Shown in pieces: positions 36,287 through 45,875 of a DNA stretch of 64,000 nucleotides. The stretch is from a bacterium (GTDB lineage Bacteria; SAR324; XYD2-FULL-50-16). A program made the translations under genes and the position numbers. Position 1 is the stretch's first letter; each line of letters starts with the position of its first letter. Below the pieces are notes generated by a model. That model had not been told where the DNA came from, made no database searches, and saw only the letters and a list, made by a program, of their open reading frames with translations. Location of the stretch: contig JAJRZQ010000028.1 in assembly GCA_024275165.1 (NCBI GenBank), positions 7,423-71,422 of the forward strand. Direction: 5' to 3'.

Positions 36287-37639
36287 TCAGGCAATTTTTA
36301 GGTTGGAAAATTGCTCTATCGCCCCCCCTTGAAAAACATCTTCAGGGTCTAGGTCTTCGCTAATCGTTAAGTCCTCGCGCTCGGCTAAGTCGACCAATTG
36401 GTGTTTTTTCAGTATTTCCCCGGCAGAGCTTTTCACCACGGCCACGGCAGGCCGTTCTAGGTCTTTTTCGGGTACATTGACCACAAATCCGATGCATCCG
36501 TCGCTCAATCGTACTAAGCTTCCGATGGGGTAAATTCCCATGACTTGCTGGAAGTCCTCCCAAATCTCTTCATCATAATCAATCCCGGATAGGGACTCAA
36601 TATAACGCATGGCGCTGGGCGCGGTCCAAGATTTTTTATAGGGACGACGGCCCACTAAGGATTGGTAGACATCAATCACCGCTAAGAGTTTCGCCTCATA
36701 AGAGGCCTGACTATAGGTGATTTTTTCGGGGTAACTGGCATAACCGATGCCCGAGGCCTTGATATGGTGGCAAAGGGCCATATTTTGCGCTACTTCCGAC
36801 ATGCCCATTTGCTTTAGGATCTCTTGGCTTTGCTGGGGGTGGTGGCGGAACATTTCCAATTCCGGGCTACCCTTTTCAAAACGGACATCGCTTTCCAACA
36901 CCTCTTTGGGGATCATGCCCTTGCCTACATCGTGCAGCATGGCCGCCATTAAGGCTTCATTCTGATCTTTAAAGGCGGGCTTTTTCCCTCTCCGGCGAAT
37001 GATCTCATAATAGGCAACCATAAAAATAGCCGCGACATCCACACAATGGGCATAAGTCTGGCTGGATTTTTTCAAGGCCGTCAAGGCCGACATGGAATCG
37101 GTAAGCTTGTCTTCTAATATTTCCGAAACAAAACCCTCCAACTGACCGATTTCAGGAACCCCGTGATGAGCCGAATCCATGATACTCTCAATTGCCTTGC
37201 TGGCCTTGTTTTTCACCTGCGCCCCTTGTTTTGCGCTCTTGATCAGTTGGGTTGCCTTGGCGACTCGCTGGGCGTGATTTTTCCCATTGAGGTTACTGAC
37301 CTCAAAAAAGGTGAATTTTCGAGTCTCTAAGCTTTGAATCAGTTTAGCGTTGATGTGGGTTAAGTGGTTTAAACTCGCTGGAATTTGAAAAACCTTAAAG
37401 ATTTTATCGCCTGGGCGCAATTTCGCGATGGGGATATCGATCTTACTGTCTTGGCGCTGCACTTGGGCTAAAGCCCCCTTGAAGTTGTGCATAATCCAAC
37501 GGCAATGTTCATCGGACAAGTTTCCGAAACGCTTTTCCAACCCGGCATAGGACTGGATCACCATACTGTCTTTTAAATCTTTTAATTGAACAAGCATGTA
37601 AAATAAAAAATAGGAGAGGTTGTATTTCAACCGGATCAT
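36287..37639 (-). CDS. HD-domain protein (HD-GYP-related, degenerate GYP motif)
   Basis: MLHDVGKGMIP...CHHIKASGIGYASYP resembles the HD-GYP HD and HHExxDGxGYP elements but is degenerate. The 200-aa N-terminus is uncharacterized. Confidence 0.6.
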   Translation of the reverse strand: MIRLKYNLSYFLFYMLVQLKDLKDSMVIQSYAGLEKRFGNLSDEHCRWIMHNFKGALAQVQRQDSKIDIPIAKLRPGDKIFKVFQIPASLNHLTHINAKLIQSLETRKFTFFEVSNLNGKNHAQRVAKATQLIKSAKQGAQVKNKASKAIESIMDSAHHGVPEIGQLEGFVSEILEDKLTDSMSALTALKKSSQTYAHCVDVAAIFMVAYYEIIRRRGKKPAFKDQNEALMAAMLHDVGKGMIPKEVLESDVRFEKGSPELEMFRHHPQQSQEILKQMGMSEVAQNMALCHHIKASGIGYASYPEKITYSQASYEAKLLAVIDVYQSLVGRRPYKKSWTAPSAMRYIESLSGIDYDEEIWEDFQQVMGIYPIGSLVRLSDGCIGFVVNVPEKDLERPAVAVVKSSAGEILKKHQLVDLAEREDLTISEDLDPEDVFQGGAIEQFSNLKIA

Positions 37640-37936
37640 AACCCGAACTCCCCTAAAAATGCAATCCTCTGTTCACCCTAGGGAATTTGCCTTGTATTGG
37701 TCATCAGTAAGATATTTTTGCCTTTACAATGATTTTGCTACAGGGCCTAAATTGAAAATAAATCAATTCAGAAAACGCTGAAAAACGCGGAGTTTCCCAG
37801 CAAGGCAGGGATGCCTTGCCAAATCAAAAAGCGGAATTTATTGATTCGCGTTGGGATTGTGGATTTCATTCCCAACCGAAAAGACTGAAAAACTCGACGC
37901 GCCCCAAGGGCTATACTCAGCCCGAAGGGCACGAGC

Positions 37937-37958
37937 CTACCGCTTGAACAAGCGGTAG
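37937..37958. promoter_or_regulatory. Perfect 22-bp palindrome CTACCGCTTGAACAAGCGGTAG in the intergenic region upstream of the HD-domain gene
   Basis: Two exactly inverted 10-bp arms are separated by AA. A motif copy follows 8 nt downstream. Confidence 0.45.
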
Positions 37959-38019
37959 GCAGGGAGTTTTTCAGAGGTTCCTTCAGTTTTTTTCTCCGTA
38001 AATCGTTCCAATCAAGGGG

Positions 38020-39528
38020 TTAGGGCTGGGGTTGGGGTTTTTTGGAAAGGGTAAAGTAATATAGTATCCTCTGGGGGCCCCTTGGCCCGGCAATCACCAA
38101 TGGAGGCTGAGCAATAAATTGAAACTCTTTTAACAAGGAGCTCGGCGGGGTCGCGTGAGAAGAAACCCAGAGTAGGTTTTGCCATTCTAGCAGAGTTTGC
38201 AAGGGGGTGACCTTGTTCGGTTTGGGGAGATAATAAAGAAGACGGGGGAGTAGTTCGGGGTCTGCGTTCCACAGCCCGTTGCTGTTTTGCTTACGGGTTT
38301 GGATTGTTTCGGCTGTCTCTTGCCAACCTAAGCGTTCGAAAGCGATTAAAGTTGATTCTCCATTGGCTTTGGCATCGATCCAAGTCGGGGGAAGCAGGTC
38401 TAAGGGCATCAAGGCGGGGTAGGCCATTGCCAGGTCAATCAACAAAACCACGGCAAAGGCAACCTTTAAGAAATCCCGCTTTTGCAAGAGATAAAAATGC
38501 GTGCGTTCTTCCCCCTGACAACAATAAAGAGCCGCTAAAAAGGCGGCCCAAGGGGCAAGTAGGCACAAGCCGGTCAAGGGTAGGTGAGTAAAAAGGCTAT
38601 AACCCCAGTAATACAGCAATGCCGTGAAAAATATCCAGGCCCCCCATTGTAAATTCGCTTGCTCCACTACGGATTGCTGAGTTTGCTTTGTTTGAAATAG
38701 CTTGGGTAAGATGGCCAGGGAGGCAAATAAAAAAAGCGGGCTCACCCCCAAAAATAGGGTGACGGGGAAACCCGCCCAAGAGGGGAACACACTGGGATAC
38801 AGAGGGAGACTCCAGGGGTCGGAAAAACCAAAGGGAAAGATAAGCTTGACCAGCACTGAAGAAAAGAAAAAAATAGAGAGCAACAAATAGCGGTTCAATT
38901 TTTTTCTGCGTTCTGGGGCAAAGAGAAGCCAACAAAATAGGGCCAGCCAGAATTGCCATCCCAAAGTGGCGAGTGTTTGAGCCAACCAGCAGGTGATAAA
39001 AAGCCCCCCCCAGGCCAGTCGATTTTGTTTCAGCAGGGCCAACTGGGCAAAAAAAGCGGACCACAAGATCAGCCCTGCCCAAAGGGACTGGGGTAGGAAA
39101 TGACTACCCATCATCCAAGAAAGGGGAAAAAGGGCATAGATCCGCACGACCAAAAGGGCGAATTTAGGACGCGGTACCGCGTTTAACGCAAAAAGGTAAA
39201 GCCCCCAGAGGGTGAAAAAATGCCCGCAAATCGCCAGAAGGCGCAGATTCAATAAATGGCCCTCATTTGGGGAAATCAACCAGCCTATGGGCCAGAGCGT
39301 TACCGATTGGAAAAAAGACCAGAAATAACCTTCTCGCGTGGCCTCATAATATATTGCTTCGCGTTGCCCCAGGGGGAGTAGGCGAGCAAAGGCAACATGA
39401 AGCAGGAAAAGCACCCCTAAGGTGAAAAGAAATTCTCGATGTTCGCGCAGTCGGTTCATGGCAGCTTTAAAGGATAATTCCAGCGTAGCTTGTTTTTGAT
39501 TCCCGGTCAAAGAAGGGGATTGAGGCAA
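38020..39528 (-). CDS. GT-C family membrane glycosyltransferase (ArnT/PMT-like)
   Basis: About 12 transmembrane helices, with an N-terminal loop motif REAIYYEATREGYF that resembles the DE-x-x-YA catalytic loop of ArnT/PMT. The start could be Met24 (39459). Confidence 0.55.
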   Translation of the reverse strand: MPQSPSLTGNQKQATLELSFKAAMNRLREHREFLFTLGVLFLLHVAFARLLPLGQREAIYYEATREGYFWSFFQSVTLWPIGWLISPNEGHLLNLRLLAICGHFFTLWGLYLFALNAVPRPKFALLVVRIYALFPLSWMMGSHFLPQSLWAGLILWSAFFAQLALLKQNRLAWGGLFITCWLAQTLATLGWQFWLALFCWLLFAPERRKKLNRYLLLSIFFFSSVLVKLIFPFGFSDPWSLPLYPSVFPSWAGFPVTLFLGVSPLFLFASLAILPKLFQTKQTQQSVVEQANLQWGAWIFFTALLYYWGYSLFTHLPLTGLCLLAPWAAFLAALYCCQGEERTHFYLLQKRDFLKVAFAVVLLIDLAMAYPALMPLDLLPPTWIDAKANGESTLIAFERLGWQETAETIQTRKQNSNGLWNADPELLPRLLYYLPKPNKVTPLQTLLEWQNLLWVSSHATPPSSLLKEFQFIAQPPLVIAGPRGPQRILYYFTLSKKPQPQP

Positions 39529-39627
39529 AAATTCTCTCCTTCTTCCTTGCTAGCTTGGCGATATTCTTGCATCTATGGAAGCAAGCAAGATTGCTCCCGC
39601 ATTGACAAGGAAGTTTGCCCTAGCTTT

Positions 39628-40710
39628 ATGAAAGCCAAAACTCTCTTTTTTATTTTCCTCGCCTTGTTTCCCCTTATCGCCCAGGCTCGAGGGGGAAGGG
39701 AGATGGAGCGCCCCTTTTTGGTGGGGCCCCAATACCCCTTTTTGTTTTTAAGCACCACCTTTGAGCCCGATACCGCCTTTACCCTAAAACGAGGCCAGGT
39801 TTACAGTTCTTTAAGCTTTACCAATTTAAATACCTATGTGTTCAGCGCCAGTTCGGACAAGGCAAACAATCCGGCTGGGGATGCCAGTAAATTCGACCAG
39901 AGCGACCCGACCGGCTATTCGATTTACTTTGATGGCGAAATCGACCGGAGATATCTTAGAGTCTATTGGGGGTGGAGTGATCGAGTCGAACTTCAATTGA
40001 CCTATCGCGATATTCGTTTTGTTCCGGGGAATCTCGATCAATCGGTTGAAAACTTTCACAAAGCCTTTGGATTGGGTAACCAGGGGCGTGACCAAACCCC
40101 TCGCAATCAATTGGATATCTATATTCATGACAATGAAACAGGGCAGAATATTTTTGCCATTACCCAGCCCAACGATAAGTTTCATCAAGAATCCATGACC
40201 TTGGGACTTAAACTCAACTTAAGGGAAACCGCGAGCGAAGCGATCAGCTTTGTTTTCAGCTCCAATTTTGAGGATCGGTATATTGAGCGAGAACTCAATG
40301 AACTCAGTCTCGCTTATGAAAAACCCTATAAAAAATTCAACGATTACAATTATGGGCTTTTATACAGCAGCCTTTTTGCCGATTGGACGCTGCATGCGGG
40401 GTTTTCGATGGCAAAGGTCGGCCAATCTTTGTTTCCCAAATCCCCCTCGGAGCTCTATTATTTCTTTTTAGGCGCAGGCTGGCAGTTGGGGCCGGAAAGC
40501 GATGTCTTGTTGCAGGTGCTGGAATACTCCAGTCCCTTTCCGAAAGACAATGTTTCCACCATTGCCGCTGATGTGCGCGAGGTGACCACGGGCATACGCT
40601 GGCATATGGGCAAGGCCTTTGCCGTAGAACTCGGGCTCACGGAAAATCAAAGTCAGGGCCCGCAAAATATCGACATTCTTTTCTTTTCCAATCTAGCCTT
40701 TAGTTTTTAG
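39628..40710 (+). CDS. Hypothetical secreted/outer-membrane protein
   Basis: A signal peptide (MKAKTLFFIFLALFPLIAQA) begins at the internal Met47. The sequence is beta-rich and the C-terminus ends ...LAFSF. Confidence 0.5.
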   Translation: MKAKTLFFIFLALFPLIAQARGGREMERPFLVGPQYPFLFLSTTFEPDTAFTLKRGQVYSSLSFTNLNTYVFSASSDKANNPAGDASKFDQSDPTGYSIYFDGEIDRRYLRVYWGWSDRVELQLTYRDIRFVPGNLDQSVENFHKAFGLGNQGRDQTPRNQLDIYIHDNETGQNIFAITQPNDKFHQESMTLGLKLNLRETASEAISFVFSSNFEDRYIERELNELSLAYEKPYKKFNDYNYGLLYSSLFADWTLHAGFSMAKVGQSLFPKSPSELYYFFLGAGWQLGPESDVLLQVLEYSSPFPKDNVSTIAADVREVTTGIRWHMGKAFAVELGLTENQSQGPQNIDILFFSNLAFSF

Positions 40711-40834
40711 CTCAAAAGTCTGCCTTGTTCTTTTTGAATTTTTTAAACTAAGCTAGGGTGTCCGTCTTGGAATCGACTCGCAGCCTGGAATCAAGTTGGT
40801 CGCGAATTCATCTTTAAAACGACTTTTACGCAAA

Positions 40835-41128
40835 ATGGCCCGCCCCATTGAAGAACTGCCGAATTTAGGCCCTATTAGCGCTGCCGAATTGAGTCAAATT
40901 GGGGTGAATCAGGTAGAAGACTTGCAGCGCCTAGGCTGGGAAGAGGTTTGGGCTAAGCTGGTGGAAGCCTACCCCCTGCGCTTAAACATCAACATGGGTT
41001 ATGCCTTGGCCGGTGCCTTAGAAGGTTGCGATTGGCGCGACCTGCCCCTTATCACCCGAGATCAGGTCAAGGCCCTGGCAAAAGAATTACGAAAAAAGAG
41101 AAATAAAAACAGAAAATTATGGCTTTAA
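40835..41128 (+). CDS. TfoX C-terminal domain (HhH) protein
   Basis: LPNLGPISAAELSQIGVNQVEDLQRLGWEEVWAKL...NMGYALAGAL matches the TfoX/Sxy C-terminal domain. The N-terminal TfoX domain is absent. Confidence 0.6.
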   Translation: MARPIEELPNLGPISAAELSQIGVNQVEDLQRLGWEEVWAKLVEAYPLRLNINMGYALAGALEGCDWRDLPLITRDQVKALAKELRKKRNKNRKLWL

Positions 41129-42042
41129 GGAGCCTGAAGCAGGTCTTGCTTAAACAGTTGGGCCAAATGGGATAGGGGTCGCCCCTTCCTTTGCGCCAGA
41201 TACAAAGGCCGGCTCAAGGGCAAGCCCGCAATGGGCCTTGTAATCAGCAGCCCTGGTTGGGACTTTGCCAAACTTTTGGAAACGATTCCGAGCCCTAACC
41301 CTTGTTTAATCCCACTCAATACCGCCTCAGCGCTGCCCAATTGGGCCACTGTATTTAAATCCTGAGGGCGGATTTTTTGCTTTTTGAGTTGCTCTAAAAA
41401 GACCTTTCGCGTACCCGAGCCCTCTTCGCGCAAAATCAAGGGGGTGCTTACCAGAGTCTGGAGGCCAATCTGCCGCTGCGCTTTGAACGGGTGCCCTTTG
41501 GGCAGGGCTAAAAGCAGTTCATCTTCAATCCATTCCTGCCAGATCAAGCCGGGCCTTTTGGCTTGATACCCCACAATCCCCAGTTCCACCTTTCCCTCCG
41601 CAACAGACTGGGTTACCTGCTCTGAATTTTGGATGAGTAATTTGGTTTGCGCCTTGGGATATTTTTGTTGGAAGCGCTGGAGCAGCGCCGGCAGAATATA
41701 GCCTCCCGGCAGGCTGCTGGCCCCAAGGCAGAGTTCCCCCTCTTCGTTTTGCCCCATCAATCGTACTTCTGTTTCCGCCAGTTCCAGACGCGCGAGGATT
41801 TTAACGGCGTGCCGATGGAGCAGGGAAGCCGCTCTGGTCGGAACCGCCGTCTTCCCCACACGGTCAAACAGGGTTTGTCGCAAATAGCGCTCCAACCCTT
41901 GAATGTGCTCGCTGACGCTAGGTTGACTCAAACCCAGGCTGCGGGCCGCTTGAGTAAAGCTTTGGAACTCGTAAAGAGCGCAAAAAATTTTCAGTTTGTG
42001 CGGGTCGATTAGGTTTTTTTTGCGGAGTTGATTTGCTTTCAA
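41125..42042 (-). CDS. LysR-family transcriptional regulator
   Basis: An N-terminal wHTH (FTQAARSLGLSQPSVSEHIQGLERYL) is followed by a LysR substrate-binding fold. The protein is 305 aa. Confidence 0.85.
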   Translation of the reverse strand: MKANQLRKKNLIDPHKLKIFCALYEFQSFTQAARSLGLSQPSVSEHIQGLERYLRQTLFDRVGKTAVPTRAASLLHRHAVKILARLELAETEVRLMGQNEEGELCLGASSLPGGYILPALLQRFQQKYPKAQTKLLIQNSEQVTQSVAEGKVELGIVGYQAKRPGLIWQEWIEDELLLALPKGHPFKAQRQIGLQTLVSTPLILREEGSGTRKVFLEQLKKQKIRPQDLNTVAQLGSAEAVLSGIKQGLGLGIVSKSLAKSQPGLLITRPIAGLPLSRPLYLAQRKGRPLSHLAQLFKQDLLQAP

Positions 42043-42331
42043 TGGAGGGTGGGGAGGATGAAGTATCGTTATAATTAGAGATGTGAATAGATAAATATCT
42101 TATTTTCTTCATAATTCAAAGTAAAAAAAATCTGTTGAAAGGAACAGCCTCCATCCTGGATTTCGCTTTTATTCCGTACGGATTCGCGGCCTTTGCTTTG
42201 ACCTGGAAATTCGCGCCAAAGTCAGGCAAAATAGAGAAGAAAAATAAGTCCTTGCCGATTCCTTCAAGTAGAATCGGTCTGGGCTAAAACCCTGAACCCT
42301 GGCGTGAATACGCCCTAACCTCGGGCCGATT

Positions 42332-43582
42332 TTGTACCGCAATAAAATCCTTTTTGATCCTTTATATTGGCAATACCTCTTTGTGCCCTGGCCGCTTTAC
42401 CTTGATTTAAACCCCTGCGCTTACGCATGCGCCTATTGCTGGTCGAACCTCGATGGGAAAAAACAGGAATTGGATCTCCAGGTCCTCAAAAAGCAGTTGG
42501 ACTTTATCGGCAGTGATTGGGAGATTGGGGAAGGGATCGCGGCCTTTTTACTGGAAAAAAAATATCCCGTTTGCTTCAGCCCCACCAGCGACCCCTTTGC
42601 CCCCAGCAATGAAGAGGCTTTTTTACGGGTTTTAGAACTCTTAGAAGAAGTCAACCTCCCTCGGACTTATGAAACCCGTGGAGGCCGCCTAGCGGCCCAA
42701 ACCTTGCTCGCCGAGCCCTTGACGGCCATCTCCATTGCCCTCACTACCGATCGCCCCGATATCGCCCAAAAGTACGAACCCAAAGCCCCCTGTTTGGAAG
42801 AACGCTTAGAACTCGCTCAGGCCTTGAAACGACAAGGGCACTTTGTGGAAATCGGACTCAACCCCTTGGTCCCTGCTTGGTGGAGGGATATCAATGGGCT
42901 GTTGGAGCGACTATCCAAAATGGGGCTGACCCACCTCTTGATTCAAGACTTAAACCTCAATCTGCGGCAGCGCCAAGCCTTTCCCTTTCAGGATGACGAG
43001 TTTTTAACCTACGCGATGAAGCAAAGCAAACCCGACTGGCAAGAGATTTGGGCGGTGAAGGAACGGGCCTGGAAGTTGGGCTTTTATGTGGACCCGCTTT
43101 ATGGCAGCAACTATGCTCAATGGCCCGATCACTACTTTGGGGAATATTTCCGTATGGTTGACACCTGGGTGCCGACGATGCAAGAGTTTTTCTTTCTCTT
43201 GGCCAGGCAGCAAAAAGAGTTGGGGAAACCGATTTATTATTCCGCCGCGGATTTTACGGCCTGGGCTGATTTGGGTTTCGATTTCAACAGCCCGAGTTTT
43301 GGCAATTACTTAGGGGGCTGGAGCCGCGAACTGGGTCGCAGCGGCAAGGGAATTTGGGCCCAAACCTTCAGCGAAGTGCACCGCCAACTCTTTGCCATCT
43401 ACAACTCAAAAACTCCTTTTTGGGCAGAGGAAACAAGTTTGCTCTGCCAAGCCTCTGCGCCTCTGTTTGACGATCAAGGGGCCCCGATTCTCTGTTTTGA
43501 TTGCTTAGCGCCTCGTCGAGACTTTACCGAACTCGACGAGGCGACCCCCTTTAGGGGGAGGGAAAACCCTATGGAAGAATAA
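42332..43582 (+). CDS. Radical SAM-like protein (spore-photoproduct-lyase-like CX3CX2C)
   Basis: NPCAYACAYCW gives CX3CX2C spacing near the N-terminus. The gene is divergent from the LysR gene. No other domain is recognised. Confidence 0.55.
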   Translation: MYRNKILFDPLYWQYLFVPWPLYLDLNPCAYACAYCWSNLDGKKQELDLQVLKKQLDFIGSDWEIGEGIAAFLLEKKYPVCFSPTSDPFAPSNEEAFLRVLELLEEVNLPRTYETRGGRLAAQTLLAEPLTAISIALTTDRPDIAQKYEPKAPCLEERLELAQALKRQGHFVEIGLNPLVPAWWRDINGLLERLSKMGLTHLLIQDLNLNLRQRQAFPFQDDEFLTYAMKQSKPDWQEIWAVKERAWKLGFYVDPLYGSNYAQWPDHYFGEYFRMVDTWVPTMQEFFFLLARQQKELGKPIYYSAADFTAWADLGFDFNSPSFGNYLGGWSRELGRSGKGIWAQTFSEVHRQLFAIYNSKTPFWAEETSLLCQASAPLFDDQGAPILCFDCLAPRRDFTELDEATPFRGRENPMEE

Positions 43583-43686
43583 AGGATTTAAAAAAACTCA
43601 ACCCCAAGCTAGCTTGAACAGGGCTGGCAGGGGAACCGGTCGCCGGTTTCACATTTGGCTATCGCGCCGGTGCTTGGTCTTTAGCG

Positions 43687-44355
43687 CTAACGAGTTTGTT
43701 CCTTTGGTTTTTTTACCTTGGCCACCACCACCTCCGATGCCACCCCGAAGGCGGTAACGATGTGCCGATATCTTATATCCCAATGGGAAGCGGATAAAAA
43801 ATCTTGCACGCGAATGGGGCGGCAGCCCCCAACCAGAGCGGGCGAAAGAGCAAAAACGCGCTTCCAGACCAGCGAGATCAGGCGAGACCAAGGTTTAGGC
43901 CCTGGAGTGATCGAAACCAGGCAGAGCAACCCCTCGGGGGCGAGTTTGTCCTGGGCCCAATTTAGGGTTTGTTCAATCTCATGGGGGGGGAGCAGGTCTA
44001 AAACATAATTGCTGAAAATGCGATCAAAAAAACGACCCTCAAGTTGCGGGAGCGGGCCCGTTGTTTTTTCCACGGTCGCGCGGTCGCCAAAGGCGGCTAA
44101 CCTTTGTTTTGCCAGCTCGACCATGGTCGCGCTGAGGTCGAGACCCAGGTAGCGCGCTGTGGTGCAAAGAGTTTGCTCCAACAAGTTTGCGGCGTACCTA
44201 CCGGTACCGCAACCCAGCTCAAGCAGGTTTTGAGCTGTAGCCAATTCGGCGTGAGCGGTGAGGTCTTTGGTGGCCGGATCTTCGTAAAAGGCTTGCTGAT
44301 CCTGCTTGGAACCGAAACGATTGTAAAAGGCTTCCGCCTCTTTTACGGTAAACAT
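43687..44355 (-). CDS. Class I SAM-dependent methyltransferase
   Basis: LELGCGTGRYAANL is motif I. The start at Met30 abuts the upstream DEAD-box gene without overlap. Confidence 0.7.
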   Translation of the reverse strand: MFTVKEAEAFYNRFGSKQDQQAFYEDPATKDLTAHAELATAQNLLELGCGTGRYAANLLEQTLCTTARYLGLDLSATMVELAKQRLAAFGDRATVEKTTGPLPQLEGRFFDRIFSNYVLDLLPPHEIEQTLNWAQDKLAPEGLLCLVSITPGPKPWSRLISLVWKRVFALSPALVGGCRPIRVQDFLSASHWDIRYRHIVTAFGVASEVVVAKVKKPKEQTR

Positions 44356-44378
44356 TGTCGCTCCTGTTGGATCTCCGG

Positions 44379-45875
44379 TTAGTTCCGGGGTTTTTTCGGC
44401 CCTGTTTTGCCTCTGCCGCCAGAACCACCCTCTTTTTTCCATCCCCCTTCCTTCTTCCAGCCGCCTTTGCCCCTAGGGCCACCACGAAACTTGCCATAAG
44501 GCCTTCTTCCCGGTTTGTCGTTATAGTTGGCGCCTCGCTCTTGCAGGCGAGCTAATTCAGCGAGACTCATCCCGATTTGGTCCGAGCCGCCGCTCTCGGA
44601 TTTTTCCATCAACAGGCTTAAGGCCCGATTGGCCAGGTCGGCCAATTCAATTTGCCCTTCCATCGCTTTCATGACCCGCCAGGCCCCTTGACGCGCCGGC
44701 TGAGCCATGAGGCTATGGATGAGTTTCTGATCCTTCAGCTCTTCCATCTCTTGCAGGGTGGGCACCGTGTCCCCTTGGATATTGGCCCCGGTTACCGATT
44801 GAATCCGCTTGAGGTTGCGGTATTCGTGGGAACTCAAGAGGGTGATCGCGATCCCTTTTTGTCCGGCCCGGCCTGTGCGACCAATGCGGTGCACATAGGA
44901 CTCGGGGTCTAGCGGAATATGATAATTAAACACATGGCTTACCCCCGTGACATCCAAGCCTCGAGAGGCCACATCGGTAGCGATTAAGATTTCGGCCTCT
45001 CCTTTTTTTAAAGCTTGGATGGACTGTTCCCTTTGGCGTTGCTCCATGTCCCCATGCAGCGCGCGGGCCGCGTAGCCCAAAGCGAGCAGGCTTTGGTGTA
45101 GGGCGTCGACCTCTCTTTTAGTGCGGCAAAAGGCGATGGCCTTATCGGGGTTTTCGCTTTCCATCAAACGAATCATCGCTTCGGCCCGTTCGTGTTCGCG
45201 TACCACATAATAGCGCTGGGCGACATCCTTGGAGGTGGTGACATTGCTGGTGGTTTTGACTGAAACAGGGTCTTTTAAAATCTTTTCTGCCAATTTGCGA
45301 ATCAAAGGCGGCATGGTAGCTGAAAACAACAGGGTTTGTCGCTCTTTGGGCAAGTAGGTAAAGATTTGTTCTAGATCTTCGATGAAGCCCATATCGAGCA
45401 TTTCGTCCGCCTCATCCAGCACCACCACAGCGGGGTCGAATTGGCCAAAGCGCTTTGCGCGAAGGTGATCCAAAAGGCGGCCCGGCGTGGCCACCATGAC
45501 CTGCGAGCCTCGGCGTACCAACTCTGCCTGACGAGAAATCGACTGCCCTCCGTAGACCGCCACAGTACGAATCTTCGCGAATTGACCCAAACGGTACAGT
45601 TCATCGCTCACTTGACTGGCTAGTTCCCTTGTCGGGGTAATGACCAAGACCTCGACCCGACCGGTATGTTTCAGTTGATTCATGGCAGGCAAGCCAAAAG
45701 CGGCGGTTTTACCCGTTCCGGTTTGGGCTTGAGCGATTAAATCCCTTCCCTGTAAAACCAAAGGAATCGCTTCTGCTTGGATGGGGCTGGGGTTTTTAAA
45801 TCCCGCCTCTTCCAAGCCTTTTAAGATCTCGGGAGAAAGTTGAAAGTCAGCAAAGGTCAATGAAGGTGCAGTCAT
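44379..45875 (-). CDS. DEAD-box ATP-dependent RNA helicase
   Basis: The Q motif, AQTGTGKT, DEAD (VVLDEADEM), SAT and HRIGRTGR motifs are present, with a C-terminal G/K-rich tail (GGWKKEGGWKKEGG). Confidence 0.9.
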   Translation of the reverse strand: MTAPSLTFADFQLSPEILKGLEEAGFKNPSPIQAEAIPLVLQGRDLIAQAQTGTGKTAAFGLPAMNQLKHTGRVEVLVITPTRELASQVSDELYRLGQFAKIRTVAVYGGQSISRQAELVRRGSQVMVATPGRLLDHLRAKRFGQFDPAVVVLDEADEMLDMGFIEDLEQIFTYLPKERQTLLFSATMPPLIRKLAEKILKDPVSVKTTSNVTTSKDVAQRYYVVREHERAEAMIRLMESENPDKAIAFCRTKREVDALHQSLLALGYAARALHGDMEQRQREQSIQALKKGEAEILIATDVASRGLDVTGVSHVFNYHIPLDPESYVHRIGRTGRAGQKGIAITLLSSHEYRNLKRIQSVTGANIQGDTVPTLQEMEELKDQKLIHSLMAQPARQGAWRVMKAMEGQIELADLANRALSLLMEKSESGGSDQIGMSLAELARLQERGANYNDKPGRRPYGKFRGGPRGKGGWKKEGGWKKEGGSGGRGKTGPKKPRN

